A stretch of 62,987 bases of DNA, the filler included, from Octopus bimaculoides (Eukaryota): assembly GCF_001194135.2 (NCBI RefSeq). It is 7 parts of 5 records of this genome, joined end to end, with 100 filler letters (N's around TTAATTAATTAA, not from the genome) between each part and the next. Parts side by side here need not be neighbours in the genome. Positions count along the whole stretch, not along the records: positions 46,413 to 59,644 come from NC_068996.1; positions 59,745 to 62,987 come from NC_068982.1; 5 more parts are not named here. One strand, written 5' to 3'. The notes beneath the pieces are model-generated. The model ran no database searches. It saw nothing but the letters and a program-made list of their open reading frames with translations, and was not told where the DNA came from. Within the stretch, counting starts at the first letter, position 1; each line of letters opens with the position of its first letter. The translations under genes were made by a program, and so were the position numbers. Below, one piece after another: positions 53,133 to 62,987 of this stretch.

Positions 53133-54540
53133 GGGGCTTCTTTCAGTTTCCATCAACCAAAGGGACTGAAACCAGAATTGTGTGGTTGGGAAGAAGCTGC
53201 TTACCACGCAGCCACATCTGCGCCTATAAATGCATACATCTTATATATGTATATGTTCAGAGACATACAAACTTACATACAAATATACAAAGATTTATGT
53301 AAACGTATATGGGAATGTGCCATGTACGTCTGCTATGCAACTTGAATATGGAGTGGTGTCCATTTGTAGTTAAAATCCTTGAACAACTACTACTGTTTGC
53401 TACCGTTTTTCACTGCTCAACTTCAGATCTATCTTTATATGTGTGTGTGTTTGCATGTAATGTGCACGTGCATGTGTTACGTATATATAAATATATAAAT
53501 ACATACACATACAAATATAAAAGATAGAATGTTTTCTGTAAAACCATGTCGTCATGATCCTGGGCTGTTCTCATAAACTATTTTTTTGCGGTTCCAAAAT
53601 ACCTGTCAGTAAAAATACTTGTCTACAAATCTTGTTTCTTACTCTCACCTGAAAATAAGGAAATGGTGTAGTACAACATTCCTACTTTTGATAGGAGAAA
53701 ATTATACTTGCTTCAAACTGATATCAAGAGCTGGGGCAACTAGTTTGAATATAGATCATAAATAAGAAAACAATTTGCTTTATTCATAAGTTATTTACTG
53801 TTATATATGAAAGCAAAATAAATTTTAGCGTTGAGAGTTTGACAATTTGTAAAGAAAATTATTGATGCAAAACTCTCCAATTCTTTGAACAAAATGGCAT
53901 TGATTTTCTTTGCCTGTTTTTTTTTTTTTTTTTTTTTTNNNNNNNNNNNNNNNNNNNNNNNNNNNNNNNNNNNNNNNNNNNNNNNNNNNNNNNNNNNNNN
54001 NNNNNNNNNNNNNNNNNNNNNNNNNNNNNNNNNNNNNNNNNNNNNNNNNNNNNNNNNNNNNNNNNNNNNNNNNNNNNNNNNNNNNNNNNNNNNNNNNNNN
54101 NNNNNNNNNNNNNNNNNNNNNNNNNNNNNNNNNNNNNNNNNNNNNNNNNNNNNNNNNNNNNNNNNNNNNNNNNNNNNNNNNNNNNNNNNNNNNNNNNNNN
54201 NNNNNNNNNNNNNNNNNNNNNNNNNNNNNNNNNNNNNNNNNNNNNNNNNNNNNNNNNNNNNNNNNNNNNNNNNNNNNNNNNNNNNNNNNNNNNNNNNNNN
54301 NNNNNNNNNNNNNNNNNNNNNNNNNNNNNNNNNNNNNNNNNNNNNNNNNNNNNNNNNNNNNNNNNNNNNNNNNNNNNNNNNNNNNNNNNNNNNNNNNNNN
54401 NNNNNNNNNNNNNNNNNNNNNNNNNNNNNNNNNNNNNNNNNNNNNNNNNNNNNNNNNNNNNNNNNNNNNNNNNNNNNNNNNNNNNNNNNNNNNNNNNNNN
54501 NNNNNNNNNNNNNNNNNNNNNNNNNNNNNNNNNNNNNNNN

Positions 54541-54572
<32 letters not shown>

Positions 54573-54887
54573 AGTGAGTGGACAAATGAAAGAAAAGTGC
54601 ACACAATACATTTAGTAGCAGTTACACGCATATATACATGTATAATCACGTTCAAGTGCACTCGCTAATCCAGACAAGTTTTTTTCTCTCCGCTGGTTTT
54701 CCTGTCTCCAACTGTTTTTTCTTTTCATTCCTTTCAGTAAAAGAGCGTAAGCATGAAACGTCAAAGACTCTTTCATTTTTTCCGAGTGTAAAACTTATAC
54801 ACGTTTTTGTTCCCTATGTATGTATGTATGTATGTATGTATGTATGTATGTATGTATGTATGTATGTGTGTATGTATGTACATATAA

Positions 54888-55159
54888 AAAGAGATATAAA
54901 GACTTGCTGAAGGTTTCCTTGAGAGATGCCAACATCTCTCCTACCACGTGGGAAGGCATGGCTATTGACCGTGGCAGGTGGAGAAGGATTGTGCATGAGG
55001 GACAACTACTTTTGAGAAATCACGAATTGCGCATGAGAAAGTAAGGAGGGATGTCAGGAAGGGCATTGTTGTTGCACTTCCAGATGGTAAGGGTCTTCTG
55101 ATGACGCTGACGTGCAGTGTCTGTGCAAGACCGTGCTTCAGTAAAGCTGAACTCATGAG
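54888..55159 (+). mobile_element. RTE (BovB-like) LINE C-terminal fragment with terminal zinc knuckle
   Basis: KRYKDLLKVSLRDANISPTTWEGMAIDRGRWRRIVHEG and LTCSVCARPCFSKAELM. Confidence 0.85.
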
Positions 55160-55454
55160 NNNNNNNNNNNNNNNNNNNNNNNNNNNNNNNNNNNNNNNNN
55201 NNNNNNNNNNNNNNNNNNNNNNNNNNNNNNNNNNNNNNNNNNNNNNNNNNNNNNNNNNNNNNNNNNNNNNNNNNNNNNNNNNNNNNNNNNNNNNNNNNNN
55301 NNNNNNNNNNNNNNNNNNNNNNNNNNNNNNNNNNNNNNNNNNNNNNNNNNNNNNNNNNNNNNNNNNNNNNNNNNNNNNNNNNNNNNNNNNNNNNNNNNNN
55401 NNNNNNNNNNNNNNNNNNNNNNNNNNNNNNNNNNNNNNNNNNNNNNNNNNNNNN

Positions 55455-55528
<74 letters not shown>

Positions 55529-57626
55529 CCTACACGAAACACGTATCTACATCCTTTCTATCTATAAAATTCCACACTGAAAATATTCACCGTGTCGCTC
55601 CCATAGGAATACATGAAGAAAGTGTCACGCAGTGAGATTGTAAACCGCAGCCATATCAAAATTTTGTCCATAGCGACCCATAGTTGCAATAATGTATTAT
55701 ATATTTGTCATCGCACTAGATATATCGTGTTGTTGGTTTTATTCCTTCTCGCTCTGAATCCGGTACATCCTAGCCCTTCGCTGCAGAACATCAGTAGTAC
55801 TCCCTCTCTCTTAACACGTTTCATTAGAGATCAAGCTGGACATTTAGCATATCAACCTCGTGAGATCCGGCAAAGGTCAGGGCCACTGCCTTGTCTTATG
55901 ACTAATTGACAAGAAATAAAATTGTGTTCTGACAATAGTAATGTCACTGAAACCAGAAGTCATATACGTAATATTTATTATACAATATCCTCCGTATTAT
56001 GAGGTGTGGAATGTAAAAATCAATAAAACGCTAGACAAAATACCTTGAGGTGATTTTATGCACCTCTCTACGATTCTGGATTCAAATCCAGTTGAAGGCA
56101 ACTTTGTCTTTCATCAATTCAGCTTCGATAAGTTTCAAGGCTCGGTTTATACTTCATATATGGATACCTTATAATATTTTTAACATCTACAATTCCTCAC
56201 CAATTTTATTAAGATCTGTCCTTGTGGCAGATTGTAGCAGTCTATTTGCGTTATAATAAGTTTTATAATATTATACAATTCACTCAATAATGGACATTTT
56301 TATCTTTCACTTATACACTGGAGTGATAGATACAGATAGTAAAATAACCAGACTACATGGCAACCAGTCAAACGTTCATTGTTTAGTTTTCTCTTCGTAT
56401 ACATTTTTTTAGGTCCAACAACGTCTGATAATCCATAACAAGCTTCATTCACATTCGATCCATAACCAAACTAATCTGTAACCAGGCTTCATCCTCAATC
56501 AAAAACCTTCAGAAAGGCTGGAATAAATTCTCCAATGAGCTCTCATCGATTTTGCTTGTGTCAACACGACAAAGATGTTATTTGTACGTTTCGAAAGAAC
56601 AAACACACATCTAAAACTATCATAGTCGCTACAAATGCTTCGTCTCTCCACCTCTGTGGATGTCTTCTGGCAATAATTACATCTTGAATATAACGAAAAC
56701 CACAACTCAATGCCCAACTTCCATTTTAGATTTAAAAAAAAATGTTTTGGCCTACAACAACCAACTTACCACTAAGCTGAAATAATACTTAGAATGTTCC
56801 ATAAATGATCCAAATAATACTTACAATGATCCATAAGACCGCCCTAAATAAAGGTCACTTGGCTGGCTGACATGGGGGTTCATGCCAACACACGTTAACG
56901 AGACTTGTTACCACTTTGCTTCTAGAGTTACCACAGTGCACCGCTTTGCTTGCTGATGACATGTTACTTCATCCAAGACCTATCTGCCTCAGTCGCCTCA
57001 CTTCCTTCAATTACACGTATGTTCACCTCAGACCCTAAACAAAATACAATTTTCAGTCTTTACTTCCTAAACATCGGCTCTTTAGAGTCAATGTAATCGA
57101 CTAATATGTTCCCTTCAAAATATAGGGCTTTATTGCCTGTGCTTTTATTTCATGGGTGAGTGATGTAGAATCGATAGAACACCGGAAAAATGTTTTATTG
57201 TTCGACCTTACTTTCTGGCTGCAAAATCTAACCGAGGTCAAATTTGCCTACTATCCATTTTGGCCCTGTCAAATAGCGTGCCGCTTTAACATTGGTCGAT
57301 GATATCGACTAACTTCCTTCCTTCTGTATTGCTAAATTCGTGCTTAAATCAAAGACAATTGTTATCTTCTGGTTTGGTCATAGTCAGAAAAGGCCTGCGC
57401 CGATAGACTTTTCAAGACTCCAGGGTATTGAAAGTCGGTGCAGTAGGGAACAACGCATAAAAGTATCTATTCCTAGATGTACAAAATGATAAAAGTAACC
57501 AATGACAGACTGCTTTGCATAGATTACTGAGACTAAAACAACGGCAATTTAAGTTAAAAGTAAGTCGAATTTAACTCAGCCAAACAATCTAAATCACTTA
57601 ACTCAGTGCCTTACTATCCAACATAC

Positions 57627-57688
57627 TTATTAGGATAAGGAAGACTCAATCTGGTTGCTTCAGAATCTCTCAAACTAAAACCTATCAT
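57627..57688 (-). CDS. Candidate internal exon (62 nt, phase 0 to 2): MIGFSLRDSEATRLSLPYPN
   Basis: Acceptor ttttaacatcttgcag|ATGATA and donor AATAA|gtatgt. Phase-compatible with the 39328 exon, but could be chance. Confidence 0.35.
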
Positions 57689-57789
57689 CTGCAAGATGTT
57701 AAAACACGCTGAACAATATAATTTCATCACTGGAACACACAAGCTTGTTCAAATAAGAAAAAAACGGAAATAAAAAAAGCAGCTGCGAC

Positions 57790-58040
57790 ATACATTACTA
57801 CGAGCCAACGACGTAGCTTCTGTGCAGTCGGTCGACCTGCCTGCTAGAAATATTAACCAAATCTCCTTCAAATGCACTACCGGCTTATTAAAGAACATGA
57901 CATTGAATAAGGTAGTCTCTGGCATATAAAAAAGCTAGATGATCTTGACGGAAACAGATTTGATCATAGTCCTGCTTGATCAGTGCTGGCGTAGGCTAAA
58001 CAAAAAGAGCAATAGCAACAATATGAACAACAACAACTGG
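57790..58040 (-). mobile_element. SINE-like family E (also at ~8870-9100, 19065-19215, 35690-35830 and 36060-36220)
   Basis: Shared motif tgtgatttgaggg...tggctgctatttctagcag in several copies. Confidence 0.55.
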
Positions 58041-58437
58041 TCGTTACCTTGTTATCTTTTTGAGTATAGTTTCTTTCCAGTAAGTACATGTTAGAATTTT
58101 AATGATGTCAAATGGGACATTTCAAAGTTGTACTGTTTGCTACGCAAGTTGCATAACCTGAGAAATAAGACGTGAAACAATTACACGATTCCAATGCAAT
58201 AGAAATGAGTAAGACACAGAAGTTCGACAGAAAGATTTTAAGTATTATATACTACACTATTAAGGAATATACAAATAACAATAAGATACTGTGTTGCTTA
58301 TGCCTTTCATAAGGGCATTATTGTTTCAGAATCACAGTTTCAGTATCATTTAGCTATCAGATAATATTTTGATTCACTGCTTCTCAATATATCTCATATA
58401 AATAGGCTGATTTCTTACAGAGACATATATTCACGAC

Positions 58438-58504
<67 letters not shown>

Positions 58505-59496
58505 ATGGTTGTGTGGAAAACAATGAGTTGTAGTCGATTTTATCTACCCTAGTGTTTGACTGATACGTATTGTTTCTGCCTCAGAGAAATAAAAGTTCAA
58601 ATCAGCCTCGGTACGAGTTAAATACGGAAGGTAAAACCAACAGCATAAGTAAACTATATAAGCCAATTTTTCCCGGAACACTGACTACGGAGTTAGTAAT
58701 TTTATTCATGTTTCGTATATATCGGAAATGCTGAGCGTCTGCTTCATTAGTTAAAGCGTCATTAGTTTGCGTCATTAGTTTCTAACGGACAATTCGTTGG
58801 TTATTATAATGGTTATGGCGCGAGTGACAAGGGTTTGTTTGTACAACCCCATATAGAACAAATAGGGTAAGGAAATTCCTTAAAGGAGTATCCGATTCTG
58901 GGCTCGGTTCTCGTCAATGCTAATGACTTTTTCCTATGTACATCGACAAAAGAAACCCATATGTTTATATCGTATACATATAAGGTAGAAAACAATTCAT
59001 GTCCGAGTACGGTCACTTCTTGGAAAGCTGTTACAATGGACCGCAAAGAGAAGACGACTGTGAAACAGGAGGTTACAGGTCAGTTCCAGAACGAGACAGG
59101 CGTTGTTTAGAACGTGTTTTTCTAGGTTCTCCTTGGCTCAGACACTGAAGTTGCTGTCGAATCACTCCGTCGCCATAGTTTTGAAAAGAAGTGACAAATA
59201 TCTGAAGCCGCTTAACAGATTCGCACTTGCACATACATTCATCTGTTTAAGCTACTACTTCTCAACGCAGGTCATCGTGAGAAATTCATTGTGGATTTTA
59301 CAACATGTTTTTGGGCATGAAATTAATGACTGAATAAGCTGTGCAGTCCTGAAATTTATCGCTTCTGGTGAATAAAAATATGTATGTGTGTATGTATGTA
59401 TGTATGTATGTATGCATGTATGTTTGTATGTATGTATGTATGCATGTATGTATGTATGTACGTATGTATGTATGTATGTATGTATGTATGTGTGTG

Positions 59497-59641
59497 TATA
59501 CTTTTGTATGCTGACGATTGCGATCTGGTTAGTCATTCTGAATCGGGTCTGCAATCCCTTGTATCTGCATTTGATGCAGCTTGTGATGATTTTGGCCTGA
59601 CCATCAATCTGAAAAAAACAGTTGTAATGTATCAACCTGCG
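59497..59641 (+). mobile_element. RTE LINE RT fragment
   Basis: LLYADDCDLVSHSESGLQSLVSAFDAACDDFGLTINLKKTVVMYQPA. Confidence 0.9.
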
Positions 59642-59743
59642 TATNNNNNNNNNNNNNNNNNNNNNNNNNNNNNNNNNNNNNNNNNNNNTTAATTAATTAA
59701 NNNNNNNNNNNNNNNNNNNNNNNNNNNNNNNNNNNNNNNNNNN

Positions 59744-59900
59744 NCAGTGGCAGCAGCAAAGGCAGTGGCAGCAGCAAAGGCAGTGGCAGCAGGAGAGGCA
59801 GTGGCAGCAGCAAAGGCAGTGGCAGCAGCAGAGGCAGGGGCAGCAGCAAAGGCAGTGGCAGCAGGAGAGGCAGTGGCAGCAGCAGGGGCAGCAGCAATGG
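59744..59900. repeat. 18-bp GCA-rich minisatellite (GCAGTGGCAGCAGCAAAG) grading into a cryptic trinucleotide repeat to ~60100
   Basis: Direct reading. Confidence 0.9.
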
Positions 59901-60239
59901 AAGTGATGTTAGCGGTGACAGTGGTGACAGAGTGGCAGCAGAGATAGCGGAAGCAAAGGCAAAAGTAGCAACAACAGAAACAGTGGCAATGGCAACTGCC
60001 CAATAACAGCCAGAGCAGAGACAATAGCAGCAGCAGCGACACAAGCAACAACAGTAGTGATAAGAGCAGAATTGGTGTCATCATCATTGTCATCATCATT
60101 GTTTTAACATTCTCCATTCCATGCTCAAGTAGGTGAGACAGAATTTGTTAAGTGGATTTTCTGTGGTGAGATGCCCTTCCTGTTGGCAACCCTTCACCTT
60201 TTACCAAGCAAAGTAATATTGGTTTCAAATTTTGACTCA

Positions 60240-60435
60240 AGGCTTGTAATTTCGGTGAAAGGGATAAGTCGATTACATTGACTCCAGTGCTCAACTGGTA
60301 CTTACTTTATTGATCCTGAAAGGATGAAAGGCACAGTCAACCCTGGCAGAATTTGAACTCAGAATGTAAAGACGAATGAATTGCTGTTTAGCATTTTGCC
60401 CAGCATGATAACGATTCTACCAGCTCACCACCTAA
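60240..60435 (-). mobile_element. SINE family B
   Basis: aggatgaaaggcacagtcaacc...ataacgattctaccagctcacc. Confidence 0.8.
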
Positions 60436-60779
60436 AGTAAGGTAATATTTCCTTATGACCAGACATGTTTTTCATGGTAAGACTGGAAACAGACACCACT
60501 TACAGGATGGTGACACTTGCTGACAACAATCATGTTAAGTGACACTAACACACACAGATATACATACATACATACATACATACATACATACATACACACA
60601 TACATACATACATGCATGCATACATACATACATATCGGTTAAAATCAAGGTTAAAATCTATATAGGATTTTATGAAGTAGCTTGAATGTTAAAACCAGCT
60701 GAGGTAAACATTAATACAAAGTATATAATTTTATAAATTTTATAAAGTATATAATCTTATATATAAAATTACAAGGGCA

Positions 60780-61150
60780 ACTACCAAGTAATGTCACATG
60801 CTAGAAAAAGACTTTGCCCAGGCTATTCCTATTCTAGCAGCTACACTTTCAGAGCATCTACCTCCACTACTGACTTGGTCACCTAGGTAACATAAGCTAT
60901 CAACTACTTCTAGTTTTTTTCCCTGAAATGTGACAGAAACTGTTCTCTGCACATTATCAGTGTTTATAGCTCCTGAACATCTTGCCACATACAAAAACTA
61001 ACTTCCTAGTTAACCTTCCTTTGATATTGCTGCGCCTCTTATGTATCCATAGCTTACACTGGATACATTTTATGGAGTTTCTGCCTACACCTTTTCTACA
61101 GATTGAGCAGGGTCATCTACCTGAAGGGATTCGCTGTCTTCATACCCTTA
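60780..61150 (-). mobile_element. RTE-type LINE fragment with Cys-rich (PHD-like) insert, copy 1
   Basis: CKLWIHKRRSNIKGRLT...GKKLEVVDSLCYLGDQVSSGGRCSESVAARIGIAWAK. Confidence 0.75.
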
Positions 61151-61913
61151 ATTGCTCCACACTTTCAAAGACTAGTGAAATTCAAAAATTATCTTTTATC
61201 TAGAAAATAGATAAAGGTCGGCAACAGGAAGAGCATCTGACCAAAAATTCCTGCCTCCAATAACTCCCCATCAAACCCACGCTAGCAGCAAAAAATGGAT
61301 GCCATACAAACAAAACTCCTTGTGTTTAAATGGCAATGTACAATGCCTGTAAATAGTGTATAAAATGGGAAACAGACAAATGAAGTATATGACTTTATGT
61401 CCTTGAATTTTTCCTCTATTGTCAGAAAATATATATCTAAAATTACTATAAAAGGGAAAATTATTCATATTATTATGTTTGTGTCAACTTGGTTTTGAGT
61501 CTAAACAACTTTATAAATAGAAAAGAAAAGTAAAACAAGTTTTACTTCATAACATATATTAAAATGAATTTTGCATTCACGCCTTGCTTATTAACAATTG
61601 AAAATAAAATATTTGTGTTGACACTTTTAAAGAGTAATTGCTTCAAAACATTTTAAGGCGAAGTAGCTACCATTCATTGCAATCATTAAATACATTTGAT
61701 CTTATCATATTCATCGTTATTGTCATCATTGATGTTGTTGTCGTCATAGTTGTCGTCATCATTGTCATCACCATTGTCATCATCATCATCACCATCATAA
61801 TCATCATAATCATCAAAATCATTGTTATCATTTACACACATTTTTCCTTGCTATATGGGCTAGACAGATTGTTACTGTCTAAAGCAGTTCTAATTTGAAG
61901 TCATACCTTAGAC

Positions 61914-62132
61914 CAGGGGTCACCAAACTACAGCCCATGGGCTGGATCCAGCCTGTGAGGTCAGTTCATCCAGCCTACTGCTGCTCTGTACCTTTTGTGT
62001 AAGTACCTGCAATAAGAGTTGGCATCAGTGTTTGGAACAAATTATGTCTGTGAGCAAACATTTTCAAAAATGAAGTATGTGAAGTCAGCACATCGGACGA
62101 GGTTGACTGATGAACATTTGAAAGCTATTCTT
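61914..62132 (+). mobile_element. hAT (Charlie-like) deletion derivative: left TIR plus dimerisation-domain fragment
   Basis: Terminus CAGGGGTCACCAAACTACAGCCC; ELASVFGTNYVCEQTFSKMKYVKSAHRTRLTDEHLKAIL at 62016-62132. Confidence 0.8.
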
Positions 62133-62455
62133 ATTCTAGCAGCTACACTTTCAGAGCATCCACCTCCACTACTGACTTGGTTACCTAGGTAACGGAAACT
62201 ATCAACTACTTCTAGTTTTTCTCCCTGGAATGTGACAGAAGCCATTCTCTGCACATTTTCAGTGTTTATTGCTCCTGAGCATCTGCCACATACAAAAACT
62301 ATCTTCCCAGTTAGCCTTCCTTTGATATTGCTGCCCCTCTTATATGTCCATAGCTTACACTGGGTACATCTTATAAAGTTTCTTGCTACACCTTTTCTAC
62401 AGATTGAGCAGGGCCATCTACATGAAGGGATTTGTGGTTTGTCTGCCTTCCTAAT
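62124..62455 (-). mobile_element. Same RTE-type LINE fragment, copy 2
   Basis: GEKLEVVDSFRYLGNQVSSGGGCSESVAARIRIA; colinear with 60820-61150. Confidence 0.75.
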
Positions 62456-62644
62456 TCTTAGGACTTTGGTTTTAGCTAGGTTGACTCTAAGGCCCTTCGA
62501 TTCTAATCCTTATTGTAGAAGTGCTCAACTTGAATCCAGGGCACTAGACAAGTATAATAGATACAATAAAAAAGGTTCAAATCAAGCAGACTACGATTAA
62601 CACATACATATATGGGTTTAATTGGGATAAAATGAGAATTGTCC

Positions 62645-62987
62645 AATCATTATCATCATCATCATCATCGTTTAACGTCCGCTTTCCATGCTAGCATGGG
62701 TTGGACGATTTGACTGAGGACTGGTGAAACCGGATGGCAACACCAGGCTCCAATCTAATTTGGCAGAGTTTCTACAGCTGGATGCCCTTCCTAACACCAA
62801 CCACTCAGAGAGTGTAGTGGGTGCTTTTACGTGTCACCCGCACGAAGGCCAGTCAGGCGGTACTAGCAACGGCCACGCTCAAAATGGTGTCTTTTATGTG
62901 CCACCCGCACAAGAGCCAGTCCAGGGGCACTGGCAACGATCTCGCTCGAAAATCCTACGAAGGCCAGTCAGGCGGTACTGGCAACGG
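62645..62987 (-). mobile_element. SINE family C subfamily with internal tandem duplication
   Basis: (ATC)n tail then cgtttaacgtccgctttccatgctagc; cgaaggccagtcaggcggtact occurs twice. Confidence 0.85.

Noticed and set aside
59747-59947. Ala-rich ORF as a type I antifreeze-like protein
   Set aside because: The start is created by N bases, the period is 6 aa rather than 11, and it is contiguous with a SINE-tail triplet repeat.

Overview
This is repeat-dense, AT-rich eukaryotic genomic DNA from a draft animal assembly. The extreme microsatellite load and the tRNA-derived SINE families suggest a coleoid cephalopod, probably Octopus (inference). Most ORFs in the supplied track are microsatellite or N-gap artefacts. 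The window appears to be mostly intron of one long minus-strand protein-coding gene that I cannot name. Four GT-AG exons join in frame (27460-27449, a 12-nt microexon; 26055-25906; 24316-24268; 21891-21681) to give a Ser-rich peptide: SRSSSVEAVFAEIDDDCSRGKLNLRHLGNTFTRRHADLFKPKDTRTETPNSPARSRRKKSPQLDNSAVAMNAEWKSMFGSS...ERRASLTNP...PFIQ. Weaker candidates are further exons, an alternative terminal exon, an internal first exon and a recursive-splice-like AG|GT site. Mobile DNA includes a full-length but decayed Chapaev3-type transposon (15388-17683), DD37D and DD36E Tc1/mariner fragments, hAT and other MITEs, RTE, CR1 and RLE-type LINE fragments (one RTE with an internal inversion), a Penelope-type hammerhead-like motif, and at least five SINE-like families. 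Six N44-TTAATTAATTAA-N44 blocks are scaffolding spacers. I did not find a convincing wholly new multi-gene system. The most promising leads are the splicing architecture of the host gene and several transposon-biology oddities. SINE and LINE boundaries are approximate (read by eye).
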